A stretch of 64,000 nt of DNA, taken from Cyanophora paradoxa CCMP329 (lineage: Eukaryota > Plantae > Glaucophyta). The DNA lies in the NCBI GenBank assembly GCA_004431415.1, contig QPMI01000166.1, positions 106,042-170,041 on the forward strand, in the 5' to 3' direction. The translations under genes and the position numbers were made by a program. Shown here piece by piece: positions 33,291 through 43,830 of the stretch. The stretch's first letter is position 1; every line of letters starts with the position of its first letter. The notes beneath the pieces were generated by a model that saw only the letters and a list, made by a program, of their open reading frames with translations, ran no database searches and was not told the DNA's origin.

Positions 33291-33608
33291 CGGCATCGCC
33301 TTCACCGCTAGTCGTGCTACGGTACGCATCGCGGCAGACATCGATCGATATCAGTCCGTAGCTGCGCGTACGTGTGGCTTGAACACACGAAGGGGGGCTC
33401 ACACATCTTTCGATCCCATACCCCCATGACCACCGCCAACTCGGGCTCGGAGCTTGCATTCGCGGCGCCGACAGCGTTCGGGCGGGTTCGCGGCACCTCA
33501 GCGCACGCACGCGTGGCACAGTCGGTGCAGTGGTCATCCAGGGCCGGTCAACCATCTGGTCGCGCCCGGCTCGAGCGCACTGCAGCTGCGGATTGGTGGC
33601 GTGAAAGC

Positions 33609-36336
33609 ATGTTCATCCCCAAGGGCACACTCGGCGCGCACGTCCGCAAAGTGCCGCCGCCGCTGCGATATGCGCTGCATCGGACGTTTGCATCGACGTC
33701 AGACACCGCCGTCGTCGTCGGCACAGGTCAGGCGCTGCCGTACAGCCGCGGCGCTGTGCTCTGCATCGCATTCGCCCCCGTTCAACGGCGCCGCACTCGC
33801 GCAGGCATCGCGGGCCTGTCCGCGTGCCAGGTCCTCCGCAAGCACTTCAAGAACGTGCGGCCGCGTACGCGCACGCCGGCGCACGCGCCGCCAGCCGACC
33901 GGCGGCGACGCTCGCGCAGGTGGTGCTGGTGGAGCGGGACGCGGTGGACGACCCCGCGGTGGACGGGCGGCCGCGCAAGGGCGTCGCGCAGAGCCGCCAC
34001 ACACACTTTCTACTCTCCGGCGGCCGCGCCTTCCTCGAGGAGCTCTTCCCCGGCTTCACGGAGCGCGCCGTCGCCGCCGTCCGCCCCTCCTCCGCTACCC
34101 CACGCTGCCGCCTGCAATCCGAGTCCCGCGCCTGCGTCAGGGCGCGCTCGAGGTCGACGTATGCCGTGACATGATCCTCGTCCGCCCCCGCGCCCCGCGC
34201 GCCCCGTCGGGGCGGGCTCGCTCGGCGGCCTCCGACGGGCGGGCGCGCAGTGCATGAAGGGCCAGACCAAGCCCCGCTTCCCGGGGCCCCCCGACCTTCT
34301 CACCATGAGGCCCGCCGCCCCTCCCTGCGAGATTCCGCACCCGCTGAAGCCTCCGTAGCGCCTCGCGCCCACTGTACGAGTCGCTGCTCCGGCGCGAGGT
34401 CAAGAGCGCGACCCACGGGGGGTACGCTGGACCGTCTCCCTCGCCGACGCCGTACCGCCCTCCCCCTCCGAGCCGTACCCCGCAGGCGCCTCGAGACGCT
34501 CAGCCGCACCGTTGCCACGGGCCTCCTGCTCGACGACGGCCGGTGCGCCCTGTACCCCCCTTGTGCCTGCCCCCGTCGCCCTTCTCTGAGCTCGCGCTCC
34601 CGCGCAGCGTCCGCGGCGTGCGGGTCTCGCAGGAGGGGGGCGCCGAGACGCCCGTCGAAGCCGACCTCGTCGTCGACTGCTCGGGCCGCACATCAGAGGG
34701 CGCGCCCCGCCCTGTACCCTCCGCACGTCCCCCCACCGCCCGCGGCTGACCTGTGCCCACAGTGCCGAAGTGGCTGGAGGCCGCGGGGGTGCCCCGGCCC
34801 CCGGAGCTCGTGGTGAACAGCTTCCTGGGGTACACCTCCCAGGCGCGTTTTTCAGATCGCGCGCGCCTGTACCTCCTGACGACCAGCAGATGTTCGAGCC
34901 GCACAAGGACTGGAGCCCCGAGTGCGTCGGGGGCCGCTTGGGCCGCACACCCGCCTCTCCGCGCGCTCTGATGGTGCCGGGGACCCCCGCAGGCAGTGGA
35001 AGGGCCTCCTGGTGGGGGCCTCGCCGCCGGACAACCCGCGGGGCGGCGTCATCCTCGCCATCGAGGAGGGTGCCCCGCCCCCGCCCCCTCCCCCCGCCCC
35101 TCGTCGCCGAGCGGGGCGCAGGGAAGTGGATCCTCACGCTGGGCGGGGCTGCGCGGGACCACCCCCCCACGGACCGCGAGGGCATGCTCGCCTACATGCG
35201 CTCCCTCGCCCGCCCCGGTGCCCCCCGCCCGCTCCCTCGCCCTCCCGGCCCCGCTGCCCGGCCGATCGGCCCCCGCCGCCCCGCAGAGATCTACGAGCAC
35301 ATCTCGCGAGCCACGCCCCTCGGCGAGGTGCCCGCGGGCCGCCCCGTCCCCCGCCCCCCGCCGCCTCCGCCGACGGGCCCCCGCCGCAGGCGTACGCGTA
35401 CCGGCGGACGGCGAACCAGTGGCGGCAGTGGCACAAGGCGCGCCCCGACCCCCCGGGGGCGCTGAAGGCGGGAGCGAGCGGGGCGCGGGCAGGTGGCGGG
35501 GCTGCCGGCGGGGCTCGTGTTCCTCGGCGACTCGGCCTGCTCCTTCAACCCCATCTACGGCCAGGGCCCGTTCCCGCCTCCCGCCCCCGCCTAGGCCTCT
35601 GAGCTCGCGCTGAGAGCGGGGGCAGGGATGACCTCGGCGGCGCTCTCGGCCAAGTGCCTCGGCTCCGTCCTCGCCCGCGGCCTGGCGCGCCCGCCCCCCT
35701 CGCCCCGCCCCGCGTCCCGCAGCGGGGCCCCTCACGGGGGGGCCCGCAGCACCCCGCCTCCCCCGAGTTCCAGGGGGCGTTCCTGAAGGAGCAGGCCGCC
35801 CTCCTCAAGTCCTTCTGGCTCTTCGCCACCGGCACGCCCTCTTGCTTGCTCTCGCCCGCCCCCGCGCCGGCGCTGAGGGGGCGGGGGCAGGGGAGGACGC
35901 GAAGTACCCGACGACGGAGGGCCTGCAGCCGTCCCCCCTCGACCGCTTCATGCACAAGCGCGCCGCCCCGCCCCGCCCCCGCCCGGGCCTCCCCCGGAAG
36001 TGTGAGAAGGGGGCGGGGCCAGGTACGTGGACGGGCTGCTGCTGAGCCGGACGAGCACGCCGGAGAGCGTCGCCTCCTTCTACCAGGTCATGCACATGGC
36101 GCGCCCGCACCCCGCCCCCTCCCCGCCCCCCGCCCCGCCCCTCCTGAGGGCGGGGCCGGCAGGTGAAGCCGCCCCAGGAGCTCTTCAGGCCCCACATGGT
36201 CGCCAACGTCCTCAGGTCCCCGCCCCGCCCGCCCCGCCCCCCGCCCCGCGGCGCCCCCGCCCCCGCCCACCCCGGCGTGCGCAGATACTACTTGACGGAG
36301 GACCGCTCGGCCCCCGCCCCCGCCTCCTCCCCGTAG
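33609..36336 (+). CDS. Bacterial-type FAD-dependent oxidoreductase/monooxygenase (epoxidase/hydroxylase-like), multi-exon
   Basis: AVVVGTGIAGL (Rossmann), VVLVERD, RKGVAQSRHTHFLLSGG..LEELFPG, ADLVVDCSGRTS, VFLGDSACSFNPIYGQGMTSAAL; ends YYLTEDRSAPAPASSP*. Confidence 0.88.
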
Positions 36337-37187
36337 GCCCCGCCCCCGCCCCTCTCCTCACTTGTGGCCGCCCATCCCGCCGCCAACGTAGCAATTGCAA
36401 ATCGGACTCCTTTGTGAGAGCCGTGCCCAGATCTAGAGCTTTAGAGCCGGGGCCTCCAGTCAGGTTCGTTTGCGCGAGCCTGCCTCCCAAGAGTCTCTCT
36501 CGCCGCGGGGCCCCCGATTCCTGCTCTCCCCCTCTCTCTCCCGAACACAGTGGGTGCGAATTCAGTGATTCCCGGGTTCCGACGGTCCTCGAAGGGCGCG
36601 AGGTGGCCTACTAGGGCTAAAAGGGACGATCATCGGGTGACCTATAGCTAGGCAGGCCTAGAGTCCAACAGTACCGGTCAGGGCCCGCCTCTGCAAATTT
36701 TATTGGCGATTTTTGGAACCTGCACGGGCACAGAAATAAACCTGAAGCCTTGATCATGATCAAGACTGAACCATGGGAAAGCCCGCGGCTCGCCGAGTCG
36801 GCGGCCGTGATTCCTGAAGTGATCCAAATTCGAAGTTCAACCTTTGAATTCACCGCACGTGTCAACTTGCCAAACTCGACAATTGGCAAGGCCTCAATGT
36901 CTGACCGTCGGACAGCAGTGCAGATCTAGATCTAGAATAGCACTGCCGCAGTGCGGCACTAGAACTGCCGGCCCAGCCGCTTAGGTTACAGGTGACTCGA
37001 CAGTTGCCAGTTGGAGGCCCATGGAGTCTGGAGAGCACGAATGCAGATCTAGAGGTTCTCTGGTGAGGTGAAGCTTGAGCCTGGCAAGCCCACTGGGCCA
37101 CTCATGAAGTTGGCGAGTCACTTCAACTCGGCAAGTTCAATCATGCAGCTGTCAATCATGATCACACGTCCCTCGCCCGGACTACAG

Positions 37188-40100
37188 CTACGAGTGGAGG
37201 GTGTACCCGAGTTCCTCGCTCCAACTCTCGCACTCGGTGAGCAGGTGCACCTGCGCGGGGCGGGGCGGGGTGGGCGGGGCGGGGGCGCGGGGCGAGGGCG
37301 CGGGGGGCGGGGGGTACCTGAAGAGACTCGAAGTCGGGGCAGGCGGCCCCGCACAGGGCGCACTCCTCCCCCGCCCCCGCCCCCGCAGCCGCCCCCTCCC
37401 GCCCGGGCCCCGCCCCGCGCCCCGTGCCCCGCTTCCCGCGCCGCCTGCCCTCGCCCCGGGGCGCCGCCGCCTCCTCCTCCGCCCCCTCCTCCCCGCCTCC
37501 GAGTCCACGGGGCTCGCCCGCATGCGCTTCCCGCTCCGCGTCGTCGCCTCCTGCGGGGGCCGTGCGGGGTGAGCGCAGCGCGGGGGCCCGGAGGGGCCTC
37601 GGGCGGGGTCGGACCGGGGCCTCGTGGGCGGGGCGGCCTGGGCGAGGGCGTGGGGCGCGTTGGCGGCGAGCCAGGCGGCGCACTCCTCGGGCCCATCACT
37701 TCCGGGGCTGCGACCTCCCTGCACGCCCGCGGTGAGCTCGGGCGGGGCGGTGCGGGGCCGTGCGGGGGCGGGCCGGGGACCGGAGGGCGGCCTCCTCCTC
37801 CTCCGAGCGCGCCACGCCCGCCACCAAGTCCGCCCTCTCCCCCCGCCGCCCTCCCCTCCGGGCTCCCCCGCCCTCCCGCGAGGCGGCGGGGGCCGGCGGC
37901 GGGGCGCGCAGGAGCTCCTCGAGCTGCCGCCGCCGCTCCGCCGCGCTCGCCGCCGCGTGGTCGAAGCCGCCGGCCCGATGACCCGCCGCTGCCGCGCGGG
38001 CCGCCCCGTTGGCGGGGCCCGCGGCGCCGCGCCGGGGCGGGCGGGGGACCTCGGCGGCGAGCTTGCCCTCCGCCCGCTCCGCCATCGCCTCCTCCACCCT
38101 GCGCCGAGCGCTCGGCGCGGCGGGGCGGGCGGGGCGGGCGGGGCGGGCGGGGCGGACGTGGGCCCCGCCCTCGGGGTCGCAGGTGAGGAGGCGGATGACG
38201 AGGACGGGGCGGCTCTGCCCCAGCCGGTGCGCCCGCGCCTCTGCGCAGCAGCCTTCGCCGGGCCCCGCCGCCGCGCGCAGGAAGGCGGGGCGGGCGGACC
38301 GGCCTGGGCGTCCGAGTGGGGGTTCCAGTCGACATCGTAGAGCACGACCGTGTCCGCCGCCTGCCCCCCGCCCCCGCCCCGTCGGATCGGGCGGGACCGG
38401 AGGGGCGGGGCGGGGCGGGGCGGGGCCGGGCCTGGAGGTTGAGGCCGACGCCGCCGGCGCGCGTGGAGAGGAGGAAGACGAAGGCCTCCGAGTCCTGTAC
38501 CCCCGCCCCGCCCCCGCCCCGGCCTCGCTGGAGGCGGAGGAGGCGGGGGCGGGGGCGGCGGGCGGGGGCGCACGGGGCGGTTGAAGTCGGCGATGACGGC
38601 CCCGCGCTCCTCCGCCTGCCCCCGCACCGCCCTCGGCGGCCTCCCACGCGGCGGGGCGGGGCGGGGGGGACCTTGGTGCGGCCGTCGAGGCGGAGGACGG
38701 GGTAGCCGCGCATCCCGCACCACTCCTCCAGCACGTCCAGCACCTGCCCGCCCCGCGCGCCCCGCCTCAGCGGCCCCCGCCAGCGAAGCGAGGCGGGGCG
38801 TGTCGGGGCGGGCCGAGGTCATCTGAGAGAAGACGAGGAGGCGGTGCCCGAAGCGCCGCAGCTGCCCCCGCCCCGTCGGGTGCGCCGCGGCGGCGGGGAG
38901 GGGCGGCCGGGCGCGGACGACGGGGGCGAGGGCGTCGAGGACGGCGAGCTTGCCGGCCGCCCGCACCAGCCCCTCGTCCACCCCGTACTGCCCCCGCCCC
39001 CTCAGAGGGGTAGAGCAGAGGGGCCGGAGGCCGGGGCGCGCCTCGTCGAAGAGGAGGAAGGGGTGGTTGCAGATCTTGCGCATCTGGGCCGGCGCTCAGG
39101 GGCCGGGGCGGGGGGCCGCGGCGGGGGCGGGGGCGGGCCTGCATGAGGGCGTTGCTGAGGGAGGCGAGGGCGGCGCGCCCCGCCGAGGCCCTCCCGGCCG
39201 CCCCCTCCCGCACCTCCCCGTACAGCCGCCGCTGCAGAAGCCGGAGGCGGTGAGGGCCGCGAGAGGGAGAGGACGGGGGGGGGGGGCACCTGGAGGGCGC
39301 TCATGGGGCAGCGGATGGTGACCTGCGACTTCTCGGGGACCTGCGCCCCGGGGATCAGCGCGGCTGGGGGGGTGGATCCGAGGGGGGGTAGCGCGCGCCT
39401 GGAGCCCGGGGACGTCGGCGAGGCGCCGGCGGAGGAGGAAGGGCCGCAGCACCTGCGCGGCGGCCGCCTGAGCGGAGGGCTGGGGGGAGGGGGGGAGGGG
39501 GAAGCGGAGGGGTACGGCGTGGAGGCGCTCGGTGACGAGGAGGCGCTCCTCCGGGGAGAGGTCGCCGCCGGGCTCGAACGCCGCCTCGAACCTGCCGAGC
39601 GCAGGCGTGGGGGAGGGGTGCAGGGCAGGGGGCGGGGCGGGGGCACCACTCGTGGAAGGCCTCCTCGGGGCCGAAGAGGCCGGGCAGCGTGAAGTTCAGC
39701 AGCGCCCACAGCTCCCCCAGGTTGTTCTGCGCCCCAGGTCGCCCCGCCGCCTCGGGCCCTGCACCCCGCCGCCCGCGGCGGGCACCTGGAGGGGCGTGCC
39801 GGAGAGGAGGAGGCGGCGGGCGACGGGGACGGAGGAGAGGGCCGCGGCGAGGCGGCTCCGCGCGTTCTTGAGCCGCTGCGCCTCGTCCACGATCTGTGCG
39901 CGCGCGTCGACGGGCGGGGGCGGGGCGGGAGGGGGTGGAGGGCGGGCACGAGGTAGGACCAGCGGGCGCGGGCGAGGAGAGAGGCGTCCGCGATGGCGAT
40001 CTCGTACGTCGTCAGCACCACCCTGCCGCCCCGCCCCGCCTCAGGCCGGCACGGGCCCGGGGCGGGGGCGGGGCGGGCGGGGCGGGCGTGGCGTGGCCGC

Positions 40101-42065
40101 GGGCGGGCGGGGCGGGCGGCCTCGAGGAACTCGGCGAGCGCGGCGCGGCGCGCCTCCTTCTCCCCCGGTGCACCAGCACCTGCCGGCGTGCACGTCAGCC
40201 GGCGCCGGGGCGGGGTGGGCCCCGTCGGGGCGGGCCTGGAGGGCGGGGGCCCAGCGGGCGAGCTCGGAGCGCCAGGAGGGGAGGGTGGAGAGGGGCGCGA
40301 CGGCGAGGTGCGGGCCGGCGATGCCCTTGGCCTCGGCGAGGTGCACCAGCAGCGCGATCGCCTGGATCGTCTGCCGCCCCCGCGCCGCCTCGGGGTGCGG
40401 CGGGGCGGGCGGGGCGGGGCGGGCGGGCGGGGCGGGGCGGGACCTTGCCGAGGCCCATCTCGTCGGCGAGGATGCCGTCCAGCCCGTTCGCCTGCAGCGA
40501 CGCCTGCCCGCCCGCTCGCCCAGGCCACGCCGAGGCAGGGGAGGCGCGGGGCGGCGGCGCACGAGCCAGCGCAGGCCGAACATCTGGTGCTCCCGCAACT
40601 GCGCGCCGCACGCCGCTCAGAGTGGGGCCGGCGCGAGGGGGGGGCCGGCAGCGGACGGCGCGCCTGGAGCGGCGGGTCGGCGCCGCGCCCGAGGCCGGCC
40701 GGCTGCTGCGCGATGACCTCCTGCCCCGGGGCGTCAGGGGGTACCGCGTCGGCCCGAGGGGGGTACGGCGACGGACGTGGACGGAGTGGGCGGCGGCGTA
40801 GTAGGCGTCGGCCGCGGAGGCGGAGGCGGAGGCGGAGGCGGAGGCGGAGGAGGGGGAGGGGGCAGAAGAGGGGCCGGAGGGGCCGGGGGCGGGGCGGTGG
40901 GAGCCGAGGGTGGCGGAGAGGCCCCGGAGGTACTCGTCCGTCCGCCTCAGGAGCGCCTCCAGCCGCTGCCGCTTCACCGCCGCCGCGCTCGCCGCGAACG
41001 CCGGCCTGCCGGCCCCGTCGGCGGCGGGCGGGGGCGCGGTGGCTGAGAGGGGGCGGGGAGGGGGAGGGGGCGGGGGGGAGGGGATGGGGGGAGATTGCGA
41101 ACCTCGGCGCTCCGGCGGGACGGACGGAGGATGCGGGCGGGGCCGCTCGGGGAGGGCCGCGGGGCCACGGGCGTAAGTGTTTCCCCGCCGCGTCTGCGGG
41201 GTACGCTGAGCCGCCCCTCCAAGGGGGGGGGGGGGGGATGGGTAGAGGGTGGGGTGGGGGGAGGCGGGGTACGCGCCTGCACGACGTCCGACTGGGCGAC
41301 GACGCGGGCGAGCTCCTCGTCGTCGTCGTCGACCTGCGGCACGCCCCGGGCTCGAATCCGCGCGGGGCCCGTTCGAGGCGCGAGGGCGCACCAGGTCGAG
41401 GAGCTCTCGCTCGAGGTCGCGGCTCCGCTTGCTCGCGCCGGCCGAGGGGGCCCGCCCGGGGGGCGGCCGGCGGGCGGGCACTGCCGGCTCTGCGCGCCGC
41501 CGCGGGGGGCCTCGGGCGCCTGCGCGGGCCAGTCCTCCCACGCGCCCTCCTCGTCGCCGGCGCCGGCGGCGAGGCGGCGGGCGAGCTCCTCGTCGCGCTG
41601 GAGCTGCAGCCGCGCCGCCGCCTCCTCCTCCTCCTGCAGCCGCCGCGCCAGCGCCTCGTCGCTCTCCCCCTCGCCCTCCGCCCCCGGCGACGCGGCCCCC
41701 GCCGCGCCCCTCTCCCTCGTCAGCAGCAGCTCGGGGCTGTCGCCGGGTCCCGCGCCCTGCTGCTGCTTCGGCGTGGCGGCAGCCGCGGCGCACGCCGCGT
41801 ACGCCTCCTCATCGGACTCGTCCCCACCGGCGGCGCTCCCGCCGGCGTCGCTCCCCAGCTCGGCGTCCGAGCCCTGCGCCTGCTCGACCCAGGCGCAGAT
41901 CTCGTCCGAAAGCTCTCCCAGAGACGAGCGTGGGGCGGGATTCGCCGCGGCGATGCGCTCGATCAGCTTGTGTGCGGCCCGCAGGGCGCGCGCGTCCGCG
42001 TCTTGCAGCGCCTTCCTGTTCGCATCGAGCCAGCGCCGCGCCTCCGCCTCCACGGCCGCCGCCAT
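37188..42065 (-). CDS. SNF2-family (SWI2/BRM-like) chromatin-remodelling ATPase with MIU/UIM-like N-terminal motifs and C-terminal C2HC finger
   Basis: [135 protein letters not shown]. Confidence 0.92.
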
Positions 42066-42432
42066 CGCTCTGTCGAGCGCTCAGGCCGCTGAGCTCGTTC
42101 CCGCCGTTTTCTGCAGGAACGGGCTGGGCGCTTGCGGACGCTCCAGCCGCTAGGAAACGACCTCTTTGGGCGATCAGACGAGGCCTAAAGCGCTTGCGTG
42201 TTGGCCGAATCGAGAAGGGTACATGGTGGGCCAGGGGCTGGCCGCGCCGGCGCCTCGAGTTCGGGCGAGCTCAAGCTGGCGCTGTCAAGCGCATTTAAAC
42301 AGACAGTACGGTCCCATGCCATGCTGCAGTGCGCTCAGTCTTAGGCCAGGCCCGCCTCTCCCCGCGCACGGTCATGATCACGGCGCGGCCGCAAGTTCCT
42401 CTCATTCACAGGAAAGCGAGGCGGCTACCCGT

Positions 42433-43486
42433 TCACGGCTTTCCCTCGAGCGGAATCGACGTGATTTTAACCTGCACGCGGCGAGTACGGAAGTGTGGGT
42501 GCGCGGCGGGCCCCCAACGAACGGGGCCGCGCATGCGCACCCACTTGTCGCAGCCGTGGGACGTGTCCCACATTTCCGCGGTGGTCACTGTGAAAGAGAC
42601 GTCCACGACGCGTGCGTCCGACGCGTACCTTCTCAGCGTCAGGCGCGCGCGCGAGTCGACGTGAGCCCGTCCGGGCGAGCGGCGTCGGCGCGCACCGCTG
42701 CACGATGCCCTCCTTCTCCTCGTCGGAGAGCTCGCCGTAGAGCAGGCTGAGGTGCGGGTAGAACTCCGGCGCCGGCAGGCTCCCGTAGAAGGACTGCCGC
42801 GCACCGTAAGTCCGCGCCGGGCCGGTCCCAGCGTGCACAGATCAAATCCCCCGCGAACCTTCCAGATACCCTTGTACGCGTTGACGAGCGGCTCGGTGGG
42901 ATCGACTGCACGTGAAGGAGCCGTCAGACCCGGAAGGGATGCACAGCGCCGCCGCCGCGCGCACCTTCGGCGAGGACGCAGCGGAAGAACTCGCCTTGCC
43001 GCTTCACCGCGGTCAATTTGATCTCCTGCGGCGGGATGCGCTGGCAGATGGTCTTGAGCTTCTCTGCGGCGGGGTTCAGGTGCCGGAGCGAACGCAGTCG
43101 TCCAGGGCGCGCGAACCCGCGATGTCGTACTCGTTCATCTTCTGGCTCGTCTGTGGCAGGCTCAGGCTCAGCGCTCACGCAAGTGCGATGTGAATGAAAC
43201 CGCGCCAGCACTTCGGCACGCATTAGGCGGGGTTGGAGCGTTTATCCGGCCGGACGCAGTGCTCAGGTACCGGTGCCGGCGGCCGAAATGCGCGCGGGGT
43301 CCCGGCGCTAGGAAGAGCGGTGCGCAGAAGCACACGTGTACTTCAGCGCACCTCGATTGAGCCAAGCCACGTGATGTGCGGCGCGAACGTCGGCCCGCCG
43401 TGCGCGTCGCGCATTTCTCCCATCAGTTCCCGAAGCCGGTCCTGCACCTCGCCAGCTGGAGGCATGAACCAGACGGACACCTTCAT
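42433..43486 (-). CDS. 2H-phosphoesterase, cyclic nucleotide phosphodiesterase (CPDase-like)
   Basis: MKVSVWFMPP, two HxT/S motifs FAPHITWLG and FYPHLSLLYG, FFRCV, EMWDTS..W; ends IPLEGKP*. Confidence 0.88.
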
Positions 43487-43830
43487 TGCTACTCTAGAGC
43501 TTCACACTTGCGCTGCGCATGCACGGCGAGTCAGCCGCAAAGTGGCTGCTTCGGCGAACTTCGGAGCGCACCGAGCGGTAACTCTGCGTTGGTGAGCGTC
43601 GTTCGACGCCGGTGATTCGAAGCGTGCGCCTTCGCGTTCCCGGCCACGCCGTCTCTAGCTCCGCCCAGGCCGGCTTCTTCGGACTCTGGCGAACGGAAAG
43701 AGCCCGGCGAGCTGGTTCTTGGCGAGCTTGTTCTTGTTGGTGTGGCCGCGAGCCGGCGAGTCGGGCGTTCCTCTTGTCCGGGATCCGAGTCACGCGGGTT
43801 CGAATCCGGCAGAGTTCGGGAGACCCAGCG

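Noticed and set aside
43790-43815. GGTTCGAATCC, a tRNA T-loop/B-box-like motif
   Set aside because: T stem has a mismatch and no acceptor, D or anticodon arms could be folded.
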